Source: Lepidodermella squamata (taxonomy: Eukaryota > Animalia > Gastrotricha). From it: 64,000 nt of DNA. The position numbers were made by a program, and so were the translations under genes. The stretch's first letter is position 1. Each line of letters starts with the position of its first letter. The stretch lies in NCBI GenBank assembly GCA_047495785.1, contig JBLDXI010000042.1, forward strand, positions 2,914,001 to 2,978,000. The letters are read 5' to 3'. The notes under the pieces were generated by a model. That model had not been told where the DNA came from. It saw only the letters and a program-made list of their open reading frames with translations, and made no database searches. Positions 12,801 to 24,609 of this stretch are shown in pieces.

Positions 12801-15233
12801 CAACAAAGCGTTCAATGAAGGCCGCGTTCACACCGGATTTATCCCGGAAGAAAAGGTAAGACCAGACTTTGGACCCGATAATTGTCCATGGGCATCGCCC
12901 AGTTATTTCTAACGCGCACTGGTCACAGCTGTAGTAATTTGATTTAGGCCATAAGAGACCGAAATAATACGCTTCTAAACTATCTTATTGCATGAAGTGT
13001 GGTGGACGTTGAAGCGCGTGCCCCAGTTTTTTTGCACGCGATTGCCTAGTTTTTGCTGAGAGCGTAATCATTCGAAATAGATAACAGCGATTAGCAGTGG
13101 CTCATTCAATCAGGTCATCAACAATTTTATTACTATTACCGATGATGGCAAAACATTAGCACTTTTGTATAAAAACCAGGCCGCATCCGTGTTTTATTCT
13201 CTGATTTTAACCGATTGTTTTGCTATCTTCATCCTCCCAATAAAAAAGGACAATTTGTTCGCGAAACCGGCCATGACGCCGCAGAATCTCATGCAAGCCG
13301 CGCTGGCGATGATCATCAGCGAGCGTAATATGCTGTTGAAGCAGCACGGCGCCGACAGTGCCATCGGCCTGGCGTTCGGCTTCCGGCCGAACGCAACAAT
13401 GCGCCGGACGATTTCGTTTTCGCTCGGCTCGGAGGACAAGCCGCGTGATGTCAACGTGTACGCTGAGTATTTGTCGCAGAATCGCTTCCGCCTATCGACT
13501 GATGACGCTGGTTCGAAGCCGATGACGATTGCGATCAACGACTCGGTTATCGATTCGAATGGCGAGATTTCGGTGACTTACACGTCTGAGGACAACAGAA
13601 CGCTGACGTATTCGGCTGTCATTGTCGATGGATCTGTCAATTTGTTTCAACAGGTGAGACAATATTACGAATTTTTAATTATTTTTTCGCCCAAATTATT
13701 TTTTTAAAATTTTTTAAAATTCAATTTTGGGGCTAATTTGAAATCTAATTTCCCTATCGGTGATTTCTTCCTTTATTCGGTCGTGATTTATAAAATATAG
13801 CTGCATTGTAAGTAGGAGCTGGACTCTTTCTCTGCCGGAGAACTCCGATATTTTCGTCCGAGAATTCAGTCTTTTTAGCATTCCTTTTCTGAGGAATTGA
13901 ATTTTGTATTGTTCCTCCTTGCTTTTCATCATCCTCGCACATGTTGTTGTTGCGAAACACAATCTTAGTTGTGCTTGTGTGAATCATTAAGATTTTTGGC
14001 AGCGCTTACACAGTATTCATCCTTAAATGAAATTAAAATTGATTTGCTTTATTAGTGGCATTTACGCTGGCTTTATTTTTCTGTTTTTTTTCCGATTAGT
14101 GTCAGATGGGATTTTTAAGTAAGTGATATAGGTTCGCTTAGCTACACATTTTGAAACAGGGCGAAAAAAAACCGCGGCTAAATACCGAAAAATAAAGCCT
14201 GTGTAAAAGCCACTAATAAAGCCATTAATTACTTGACCGACAATGGAGGAATCTGCCTGCGGCAGCGAAACGGTTGAGAAGTTTATTTCTTATAAATTTA
14301 GGCACTAGATGAGAGCGGGAGAATTCAAGAACATTGAGTTGTTAGAAATGGGCTCCCTCATTCAACTGGACAAAACTAGTAGGCATTTATTCGTCCGAGT
14401 TGCACTTCCTATTTTTGACCCATTGAAATCTCAACTTGGTGCTTTCGACGCGTGTGAACTACTACTTATTTTTTCTAACCAGCCAATTCTTTTTTCGCGC
14501 GAAAATTCCGATTTCCATTTCATTTTTTCAACGATAATCTGGCTAAAGAAGTTTAATGACGTGGTAATTTTCCACTTCCTTTTTGGAGCTGATGCACAGC
14601 TCTTATTAGTAAACAGTAAGAGGGGAGACGTGTAATAACGACTTCCATGGATTCAAATCGCAGTGATTTTTCGAATCCGGAAGCCGATTAACAACTCTGG
14701 CCGGCATAATAATGAATGGCTTCATCGATTCACCATGTATTTTATCGATCGGAAAAACTGTCGACCCCGAGTTTTTCCCATAGATTTTTAAATTCCACTT
14801 TATTAAGAAAAATGAAATAAAAATATTCCCTGATATAAAATTTCGATTTGCCGGGTCTGGGAACTATGACCGAATGGAGTTGATAAATTAAAAAAATTAT
14901 TTATTCATTTTTGTCATACAGGAGGGCCTACAAGCGATTCCCCTGAAGGTGCCTAAATATATCGGCGCGTTATCCGGCGGTGCTCACGGTGGAGCGAGTG
15001 GCGGCAAGCGGGTGACATCGCCCATGCCCGGCGTGCTCAACCGAGTGCTGGTCAAGCCGGGCGACGCTGTTAAAAAGGGCGATTCGCTTGTTGTTCTCAT
15101 CGCCATGAAAATGGAGTACGTCATCCGCGCGCCGCGAGACGGCAAAATCCGCGCGATCCCATTCGCAGCCGGCCAAACTGTTCAGAAAGACGCTGAATTG
15201 GTTGTTTTCGAGGAGGAAGCGCCGAAAAAGTGA
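9835..15233 (+). CDS. MCCC1: Methylcrotonoyl-CoA carboxylase alpha subunit (4 exons: 9835-11117, 12684-12855, 13249-13653, 14922-15233)
   Basis: Biotin carboxylase motifs ([69 protein letters not shown]|LVVWG) and a C-terminal biotinyl domain (SPMPG...AMKME). Frame-consistent GT-AG introns. Confidence 0.92.
14046..14222. mobile_element. Small MITE-like inverted-repeat element in MCCC1 intron 3
   Basis: GCTTTATTAGTGGC (14046-14059) and GCCACTAATAAAGC (14209-14222) form a perfect 14-bp IR with imperfect inward extension. No clear TSD. Confidence 0.55.
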
Positions 15234-15805
15234 AAGAAACATCTTCCTTAATACAAATTGAAATTGATACATTTTTCTGAGCTCGAAAAATAAAATAAAT
15301 CTATTATTTGGTCTGATAGCAGGCTTTAATTGAAAGAAATAGTAAAATATCTCTGCTTGTTCTCTGAAAAGTTGTTCTGAAAGAATAGAAATGTGTTGTC
15401 GGCACCTGGTTGTTTTTCTGTTCTGACCCTATCAATATAAACCGAGTGAATGAAGATTTTGTAAAAAAACTGGTGCAGAAAATTATTTTCGAATAAAAGT
15501 GAAGACGATGCACGCCGCCTTGATTTTTGACGCATGCGATGGATGATGACTAGTCGATTCATAAAAAATGGATGTGGCAATGTAGTAGGCAGAACATATT
15601 GTCAGTGTTGCTGGGGCCAACCCTACCGGAGTCGCGATCGATGGCAACAAGCGCAAATAGCGGGCGCCTAAAATCAATTGAACTGACAGAAACGCATACT
15701 AATACTACTACTACCACCCATGCGAGTTCAACATAGCCAGTTTTAGCATCACGGAGCGAATTACAACATCTCTAGCCACCTTAAAAATTAGTATATTGAA
15801 GTATT

Positions 15806-17967
15806 ATGCTAAAATATTTTATTCTGGCCTCAATTTTCACTCAATCGGTATTTTCTCAGCAAACCACAACCGCAGTTGGTTCAACTGCCTCGACTACGGC
15901 GCTGGACGTTCAAGCGTTTCGATGCAACTTCGACACCGATTTTTGCGACCTTGTCCAGGACAAAGCTGATGACGTCTTCGATTGGATGCGGGCATCAGGC
16001 CGCCTGCCTCACATCGACACTGGGCCGCAATTTGGCGACCACACAAGCGGCGGGGGCTATTACGCGGTTATCAATGCTTCAAACCCGCGTAAACCCGGCG
16101 ATTTAGCCCGGCTGCTGTCTCCGACGTACAAATTTAGCTCACCCTGCGCGGCTATCACGCTTTACTACTACGCTTACGGCCTCAATCTTGGATCATTGAC
16201 AATTCGAGTGGGTGTTCCGAGCCCGCAGCCGAAGTACTCGGACTGGCTAATAATTTTTCAAAAGAGCGGGGCGGATTCAACGCGCGTTTGGCGGCGATAC
16301 AGGACAGTAGTTCTAACCGTGTTTTCGTCAACACCCAAAAGTGAACAACCGTTCATGCTTGCGTTTGAAGGAGTCGTTGGTAACGGCTATCAGGGCGCAT
16401 ATGCTATCGACGATTTGGACGTTCGAGCCTTAGCATGTCCGCAGAACATCACGATGCAGAAATTGCGAGAAGGCTGGGCTTTGATGTATGACACAACTGA
16501 TGAAGATGTCGCAGAGGGCAATAACTATCGGGCAAACATCATGGGCCGGCAGCTGGGGTCAACCCCATCTGGCGGAAAAACCACAACGACCCCCGCGAAG
16601 AAAGACGATGACTTCCCGCCCTGGGCTATCGCTCTAATTGTAATCGCCAGTTTTTTCGCAGTGTCCACTGCAATTTTCTTGACCATTCGATTTGTGCGCA
16701 AGCGGAAAAAGGATAAAACTACTCAAAAGTACGCTAAATCTCAAGTTTTAAGGCGGAGTTGTTAATATATATATTTTTCAGGTACGCTTCATCATCTAGG
16801 CCTGCGACGAATGGCCACGCACCTTATGCTGGCTCTTCCTCCTTCAGCGAATCTCCGTCAGGCAACGGGGACATGCGGCCTGTCAGCACAATCAGCCGCC
16901 GGAGTGCTTTGGACAGCGATAGCTCTTACGAAATGCCAACGAAAGCCAGGCCTATCAGCGTCCCGGTGGAGCATCAAGGTAAAAGCGTGCGATTCATGCC
17001 TGATTACGAGACCGAGTATGGCTTTGGGCTGAAACTCGGCGTTCCGGCCAAGTTGGAACCTGTACCGAAAGGCCTAGCGAAAGAAGCGGATAAAATCGAT
17101 AAGAAAGCCGAGAAGCAGGTTAGAAATTCTCGGCAAAAACTAACAGCCCGGCAAAGGCGACGCTTAAGGATAGCGGCGAAAATGGCAGCCAAGGCAAAGA
17201 AAGAAGAAGCGAAGAATCAGAAACTACAACAAGACAAGGAAACGTTCTCCGTCTTTGGCAATAGCGAAAATTTCCCGCATGAAGCTGGCAAGAAGAAGCC
17301 GATTCCAATGCCACCCCCTCATGTCATTGAGATGCTGAGAAAAATGCGATCTCCAAATAACCCACTCAACAGAACTGATCGGCGAGTTAGTAGAACTAGC
17401 GGCGAAATCAGTGAAGTTAAGCCGGAAGGTCCCCGTGGCAACAGTGTGGTTGCAGTGATTGAGCCGAATCGTATTGTGGCGAATCAAGGGAAGCACCACG
17501 ACGACATGGGCATGGAAGACGTTAGCGATGGAGATTATGCTGATGAAGATGATGACTTGGACGTGCAAGACGGCTCGGATGGAAGTGATGCAGTTTCAGA
17601 AATCGATGAAATCATCGAACACTGGGAGAAAATGCCACTTCCAGCAGCGCCCATGCGGAAGGCTACTAGCAGTGGAAAGCTTCCAAGCCTAGCTCCAATC
17701 ACATCCCCTCCTTCATTTAATAACAGTAACAAACAAACTGCTGTAGTTGAGATACAGCAAGTTCAGTCTTCTGCAAATGCAAGACGAAATCCTGTAACTG
17801 TGATAAATCATTCAGCGCCTAATGCTCAAACCAATCATTCGACTCCAGCAGTCTTCACAATTGGATCGGATGAGCCAACTTCAAGTTCGAGTAATTATTC
17901 AAAACCCCTTCCCGCACCTGGATTATACGACGGCCTCAGTGATGATGACGATAACACAAAATGTTAG
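15806..17967 (+). CDS. Type I membrane protein MAM-1: signal peptide, MAM domain, TM helix, long disordered cytoplasmic tail
   Basis: MAM motifs CNFDTDFC, GPQFGDHTSGGGYY, ARLLSP, YYYAYG, AIDD..V. TM WAIALIVIASFFAVSTAIFLTI followed by RKRKK. Phase-2 intron 16729-16781 joins the two ORFs. Confidence 0.88.
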
Positions 17968-18015
17968 CATTTTATTTCTTGACAACTCATCTGCTGATAT
18001 ATAAAGTTATTGATA

Positions 18016-19375
18016 TTAACATGTTTTTTTGTTTTGCTGACATACGACATTACGCGCCAAATCATAATCATCGAACAGTTGGTTAGGTGCAGCGGTAAAC
18101 ATTTCTGGCGCTCGTTTTCGCAGTGCGTCAAGGCCTTGATTAAAGTACATCTCTGCTTGAGCGATCGAATCAACTGTGCTCAGCAGATCCCTTCGACGAT
18201 CTGTTGGCAGTTCTGAAAGCCAGATAGCCAAAACGGCCTGCATCTCCAGGAAATCAGATCTTTCCCTAAGCGCTGGAGAGTTTGATTTCGCCATGTTGCG
18301 CCAAAAAATGCCTATCAGTAGGTGAATAAACTCAGTATCGCTTGGATTCCAGAGAATCATCGAATCATAAATCGATTTCAGATGCTTGAAAAATTGCTGC
18401 AAGGAAATAAGTTGAAGTCACGTTTCGATGAGCATTAATACCTACCGTTAGCTCGGGGAGTAATATGCAAAATTTTTCCAAGTTGGAAAACAGCAAGCCA
18501 TTTTTGTTCGCAAGCTCAGACCAAAACATGCCAGGCCAGCCTAATGATAGCTGGCTCCTTGCAAACAATGCCTCTCGCTCTTCCATTTTCAAGGCTGAGA
18601 AACCAGGCATGAACTTGCAAAAGTTTGCAATAGCGACGGAGCATATTTCAAAATTGGCTAAAGACTTTTGCCAACCGTCGATTGCCCCTTCAAATTGATG
18701 GCTTTCGTGCAGAATTGGGGCCTATAGGTCGGAATTAAAACGTACTGTATAGCAGCTTTGGAAGCCAAAGCTTACCGCACTGATTGAATGTAAAAACGTA
18801 TTGGAGGTTAACATAATGTGAGGGGTTAAGACATCCACTTGCGGAACAATCATTGTTTCATTAGAATGTGTTGATGCTTCGCTATTCGGAGATGTGTTCC
18901 GACTGGACGGAGTCCCTCCTGGAAGAAAGTAGGATGAGCATGAAAGATATTTACAATATTATAGTGATACCTAGGCCTAAGGCTATGCACTTCTCGAACC
19001 GACATTTCCTACAACTCATCCGCCAGACAACACCGGAACCAACTGTCTGCGCCGATCTTTTGTCGATTTCACAGCGATTCAATCCGTTATTGACGCATCG
19101 TAGCAAATCTTTATCGCTCCCTTTCGCCAGGATCCGTCTACATCGATGGTAAAATTTCTAGGACATTAGTAATCGTGCTTCTGTTGTAGGCATAGGAGTA
19201 GTGAAAAGACTTACCCGACAAGCCAAGCAAAACTGCTTCGCCACATCGTGCCTGCGGCCGGCTAATGGCAGTTCACAGACCTGAGGAAAATGGATTTCAT
19301 ACATTGCAAGAAACGTTTTATCATTCAAACCAAGCATTTCAAGCTGTCGGTCTGGTTGATTTCCGTTTCAGCCAT
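18016..19375 (-). CDS. Divergent nuclear hormone receptor NR-A (atypical C4 DNA-binding domain + ligand-binding domain)
   Basis: Spliced N-terminus MAETEINQTDSLKCL|VCELPLAGRRHDVAKQFCLACR|KFYHRC...CVNNGLNRC...MSCRKCRFEKCIALGL. LBD signature FCKFMPGFSALKMEEREALF. Confidence 0.85.
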
Positions 19376-19496
19376 GTTTGACCCTAAGTTCTGTCGTACT
19401 GGGGCAGTTTTTTGTACAATGCAAGCGAACATTGTCGTTATTCGTCGGGGGTAGCTCATTTATTTTTAAATTCCATTAAAAAGTGCGCAAACTCGG

Positions 19497-19507
19497 TAGA
19501 CCTGTGA
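19497..19507 (-). promoter_or_regulatory. 11-bp motif TCACAGGTCTA upstream of NR-A, shared with NR-B
   Basis: The identical 11-mer lies 122 nt upstream of the NR-A ATG and 131 nt upstream of the NR-B ATG. Confidence 0.45.
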
Positions 19508-19671
19508 ATCGTCCCATAGGTCATATCTGCCTGTTCTGCTCTATTCGGTCTTTTTTCATTAAAATCGATCAAGAACCACGAATCTACCAGTCAGTTACAT
19601 AAAACAGTTAGCAACGTTTTATCTGTTATTACCGTAGCAACCAATTAGATCAAGCTAAGCCATGTATTAGC

Positions 19672-21049
19672 TTACTGCTCCTTAGCATGGGAAATCGAAC
19701 TTCTAGCAGAATCATAGTCCTCGAATAGCTGATTCGGAACTGTTTCAAACATTTCCGGGGCTCTTTTCCGAAGAGCATCGAGACTTTGATTAAAACTGGT
19801 CTCGGCTTGACTGATCATCTCGATCGCATTAAATAGTTGCTTCCTCCGATCAGTGGTAAGTTGCGACAAGAATGTAGCGAAAAGAGTTTGCATCGCTTGC
19901 AATACTGATCTGAGCCCAACAAGCGTTTGAGGATTCGAGTTTGAAAGCGAGCGCCAATGTAATCCAAGCAATAGGTAAAAAAATTCGAAGTCACTCGGTT
20001 TCCATGATAGCATAAAGTTGTAGATCGATCGTTGGTTTTCATAAAATTGCTGTTTACATGCATGATTCACAAAAATGTACCTCTAAAATCTGAAATAATC
20101 ACCGTAAACTCGGGTAGTAGAGCGTGGAATCGATTGATATTCTGGAACAAATGCCCGCTATTGGATGAAAATTCAGACCAAAGCAAGCCGGGCCATCCCA
20201 AAGAAGTTTGGCTTCTAACGAACAGCAACAACCGTTCCTCCATAGATAGAGCTGAGAAGCCGGGCATGAACTTGCAGAATTGCGCTATTGCGACCGATAC
20301 TGCTTCAAATGATGCCAAAGAAGTTTTCCAAACATCGACTGCTCCCTCGAAATGATGATCTTCGCGCAAGATAGGGGCCTAAAACGGATTGTAAGATGGT
20401 TACTGAAATCACATGGTAAAAATTCAAGTTACAGAGCTGATAGATTGCAAAAACTGTTGAGATGTCGAAACCAAGTAAGTCTCCATCTCGTCGCTTTGGT
20501 TTGTAAGAGCTGGCGTAATAGGGCAACGCGGATTCTCGCGTGAAGACGAATCCGCTTGGCGCGATACTCTCCCACCTATAGTGAACTCGGGGTAAATATT
20601 TGATTTTAGCAAAACAGAAGACAACCTAGACCCATAGAGACGCATTTATCGAAGCGGCACTTGCGACAACTCATCCGCCAGAGGACGCCTGTACCAATCA
20701 TGAGCGCTGATTTGCTGTTTACTTGACATTGATTTGATCCGTTCCAGCAACGCAGTAGTCCATTATCGTCGCCATTATCCAAGCTTCGTCGGCAGCGATT
20801 GTAGAACTTCTGAAAAGCTACATGGTAAAAAATCAATTTCATAAGAAATAAGGCCAAATTTATACTCGACAAGCTATGCAAAACTTCCTGGATGCATCGT
20901 GTTTTCGATCATTCAATGGTAACTCACACACCTGTCAAAGCATTGAGATTCCATTGAGAAACCGATCTTCAGCAAACTTCAAAACCTACCAAGCAATGCG
21001 ATTTAATTGTGCTATTATCTGAAAGAGGCGAGTTTGACGGCGAAGACAT
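19672..21049 (-). CDS. Divergent nuclear hormone receptor NR-B (tandem paralog of NR-A)
   Basis: MSSPSNSP...HCL|VCELPLNDRKHDASRKFCIACR|KFYNRC...CWNGSNQC...MSCRKCRFDKCVSMGL. LBD FCKFMPGFSALSMEERLLLF. DBD intron positions match NR-A. Confidence 0.85.
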
Positions 21050-21179
21050 CTTTTCATCAACCACGCGCTATAGAATTAACATTGACTGGCTTTTCCTCTC
21101 CGTGTGTAGTCTCGATCGAAAACGCGTGAAGCGGAACAGGGAGCATGCCACATGTCGCCTTTCATGCTTAACCTAGTAA

Positions 21180-21190
21180 TAGACCTGTGA
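21180..21190 (-). promoter_or_regulatory. 11-bp motif TCACAGGTCTA upstream of NR-B
   Basis: Exact match to 19497-19507, at an equivalent distance from the ATG. Confidence 0.45.
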
Positions 21191-21411
21191 TGACCAAATT
21201 AGAGCGCATCGGATCAGTGCGAGAAGTTTTGTCGCTTCCTTAGTGCTTGATGATGATCTGAATCGACATTATTTGCTCAGATTCTTTTATGACGATTTTC
21301 ACTCTTGTAGCGATTTATTTTAACACTGATTGGGACTCTTCATTCCATTTGTTGACAGCACGGACCGAATTAAGCAAACTCGGCTCGAACCTGCTTTGTT
21401 CAAACGGGCTA

Positions 21412-21681
21412 CAGTGCGCCCTCCATAAATGCAACCTCCGTAAATGGAAAACCTCCGTAAATGCAAGCAATTTTGTCTCCCGTCAATTTTATTTGTTGAA
21501 AAATTATTTTTCATAAAAATAAAAATTCTAGTTTGATAATTTTTATTTACGGTGAAAAAACAGGCGTCTTTAGCAACGACGCTTTAGCACCGCTAGCTCT
21601 TTAACAGCCCTCTATAAATGCAACCCTCCGTAAATGCAAACGCGTGTCTCCCGACCATTTGCATTTATGGAGGGCGCACTG
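21412..21681. mobile_element. Tc1/mariner-type MITE (270 bp)
   Basis: 23-bp perfect TIRs CAGTGCGCCCTCCATAAATGCAA / TTGCATTTATGGAGGGCGCACTG, flanked by TA on both sides. Internal subterminal repeats CCTCCGTAAATG. Confidence 0.88.
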
Positions 21682-21768
21682 TATTCCTTATTTAATCTGG
21701 ATTATGTTCAACTAAATTCACAGAATTTGATGAAAAGAACGTGTGGCCTAGTTCCTATAAACTATTGC

Positions 21769-22213
21769 CTAATCGAAGTTGGTATCGCTATTTCGACCAA
21801 TTATTTCTTGTGCCAAATACTGCGCCCAAGTGTTGAATGGAACGCGATTTTCGCAGATTGCAGCGCCAAGAGCTGCCTGACACTTCTGCATGCGGAATCT
21901 TTGGAAAACTCGCTGCTTTGAAGCAAGGGGCAGGCTCTTGAATGCTTCCACCGATGCAGCCATAGTATTTCTGTAATCTGTGAAAACTATAATAAAGCAC
22001 TATGATAGTTGCGCTGAATTGTCAAACTAACATACCATCCGCAGATTTTCGGTTAAGCGAATAAATGCTACTTTGCTGGCCGTTCCTTCCCGAAGGGATC
22101 AAGCTAGGAGATGAAGATTGCTGGAGAATTACTATTTCTGGCCTTGCTTCCAGTTTTTTCCAAATCGCCGAACTTCCGAGAAACTTGGATTCGACCTGCA
22201 TCCCAAGAAGCAT
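21769..22213 (-). CDS. Secreted two-cysteine family member A
   Basis: Exons 22213-22036 and 21977-21769 (phase-1 58-nt intron). C-terminus FRMQKCQAALGAAICENRVPFNTWAQYLAQEII. The signal peptide is weak and the start uncertain. Confidence 0.72.
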
Positions 22214-22449
22214 GGATAGCCTCTTTAAATATTAATGACTCATGAAACGTCTTCAAGATGAAATTTTTTAATTTCAAGCTCGGCAAAAAACTCTTTCACC
22301 TGGAATTTTTCGCTTTGCCTGTGTTGATAGAAATGGCGAGGCGGTTGTGTCACGCTGCTGAAAAAACGTGATGGCGCCTCACGAATAAAAAACAAAGGTA
22401 CAAGGCTTGTAGCTGTTAGTAGCTGAAATAAACATCTCCGAAAGAAGCT

Positions 22450-23222
22450 ATGAAAGCAATTTTGGCGCTGCTAACATTTTCAACCCAGGCTATACTGCTT
22501 ATCTCAGGCAAGCCTTCATCTCATTTCACGTTTTTGGTAATTACTGATCATAGTTGTATTTAAATTGAACAGGTGACCCGGTTAACGGTGGGTTGATATT
22601 AACTTTCTCTGTTTTCTTTACTCTGTTGATGAAAAATAGCTGATAGGCAAAATATAACTCCGGAGTCCGATGATGATCAAACGCAGCCTACCGTATTTTC
22701 GCAAGCATTGTTTTGATCATTGTCATTCGATATTCTATTAAGGTCACACTTGAAACGACGACCAAGTGGGCTTACGTAACGCTGGAGCCGGCGGATTACT
22801 TCGCCGACATCAACCCCTTTCGTACTCTTAAAACTACATCTACTCCTGCTCCAAACGAAGGCAATACTGTGACCAAATGGCAATACGTTACGCTAGGGAC
22901 GGTGGGTGATGATTACTTCGCCGGCTTCAACCCCTTTCGTACTCTTAAAACTACATCTACTCTTGCTCCAAACGAAGGCAATACTGTGACCAAATGGCAA
23001 TACGTTACGCTAGGGACGGTGGGTGATGACTATTTCGCCGGCTTCAACCCCTTTCGTACTCTTAAAACTACATCTACTCCTACTCCAAACGAAGCCAATA
23101 CTGTGACCAAATGGCAATACGTTACGCTAGGAACGGTGGGTGATGACTATTTCGCCGGCCTAAATCCTTTTCGCAGCAAGGTAACCGTGAAAAGTACGAC
23201 CAGCCTTCGTCCAACCAGTTAA
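22450..23222 (+). CDS. Secreted Thr-rich repeat protein with 4 TKW.YVTL...DYFA..NPFR motifs
   Basis: Signal MKAILALLTFSTQAILLIS. Proposed introns 22508-22572 (GC-AG), 22588-22639 and 22693-22742 are frame-consistent. Last exon 22743-23222, with AATAAA downstream near 23310. Confidence 0.7.
22812..23173 (+). repeat. Coding tandem repeat, about 3 x 117 bp (39 aa)
   Basis: Near-identical units encoding NPFRTLKTTST(P/L)(A/T)PNE(G/A)NTVTKWQYVTLGTVGDDYFAG(F/L). Confidence 0.93.
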
Positions 23223-23432
23223 ACCTGGCGATCCTGAGACAAACGGTAATGGGAGCCATGAAAAATAAGACGTCACATGTTAATCAACTTTTATTCGAAC
23301 TTAAACGATAAATAATTAATAATTTAACAAACTTTAACATGTGAATTTGAGATCCGTTGAAGTAAAGCCTTATTTAACTCGACCGGGAAGGATTTGTGTG
23401 TGAGCGTAGAAAGAGGCCTGCCGCTGATGGAA

Positions 23433-23898
23433 TTAAAGCCGCCGCGTTAGGTCAGTTAGTGAGTCATCGTACTTTCCAGACATGATTTCCTGGGCTAAAA
23501 TTTGAGCCCAGATGTAATAAGCGACCCTGTTTTCACATATCTGTGGAGAGCGGAGGATAGCCAAACATTTTCGCATTCTGAGTAGATTCATGCCATATTC
23601 CTTCAACGAAGCCGGTAATTTTTCGTAGTCAGCTGGTGATTTTTCCTTGATTGCTTTGAGTAACAAATTCACTGTTGTAATAAATGAAAAATTCAGTCAG
23701 AAGAGAGCGATCATTCGCAGATATCTTACCATTAATAGAATCGCTCCGGTGATGCCTGGGGTTTGGATTGCGGGATGCCAAGAAGCCGGTGCCCTTAGGT
23801 GCAGACTCTGATGCCGCATCTGCAGGAAAAAGAGCGCTGCTGCACTGCGCCACAGTCACACAAGCGCTGCAGATCAGAAAAATCCAAGTTGAAAACAT
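23433..23898 (-). CDS. Secreted two-cysteine family member B
   Basis: Signal MFSTWIFLICSACVTVAQC. Phase-1 intron 23729-23672. C-terminus LRMRKCLAILRSPQICENRVAYYIWAQILAQEIMSG. Confidence 0.85.
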
Positions 23899-24609
23899 GT
23901 TTGCGTGTTTTTTGGCACTATACTGGAAAGAAAATGATAGTCATAGCAGCTTTATACTCTTTACAGCATCGCTATCTAATTACATGCGATCATTAAGATC
24001 AAAATGATAGCGCAAAAAACAAGCTAATCACATTATTTTGAAGGCAGCTTTGCAAAAATAGTGTCAAGTAGGTGTGTGTGAGCTATAATAAATATTGTGC
24101 GTTAGATTACTTGCTAATTAAATTCCATATAGGATGTATGGACTAATGATTATGTTTTGTCCATCATTCTGAAATCAGGTATCGGAACGGATTGAAAGCT
24201 TGAAAGCATGTCTTCTCGTCCCACAGAATTTGCACAATCTGTTTGTTTCCTCAAGCATATCATTGTTGTGCCAACAGAACGGATGGGCCGCTTGAGAGCT
24301 TTATCAAGGGTTCTTGGCGCTTAATCATCGCTCAAGTCGATAGGGAGCCCTGGCGCAGCCAAAGCAAACGCAATTAATCGATGAAAATGGTGTTCGACTG
24401 AAGTAAATGAAGGAAGAAAATGTTACCAGGCAACAGTCTCGGTTCAACACAAGACAGGTGTCTACGCAGTGCTTTCCAGAAAATCGTTATGTTCCTTTGT
24501 TCGGCTGCTGCATTTTTTATAACGGATTAACATTTTTTGCGCAATTATCGACAGTATATTTGGAGAAAACCAACATTGTCTCATCGAATGCTGTGTTTTC
24601 TATAGAAAT

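Noticed and set aside
22812-23173. Regular direct repeats as a possible CRISPR array
   Set aside because: Head-to-tail 117-bp in-frame coding units with no unique spacers, in a eukaryotic context.
23181-24429. Model in which the repeat exon splices into MAM-2, making gene B a nested antisense gene
   Set aside because: MAM-2 has its own signal-peptide exon (24610-24661) with a typical 55-nt intron, and the repeat gene has its own stop and AATAAA. Two separate genes is the simpler model, though an alternative isoform is not excluded.
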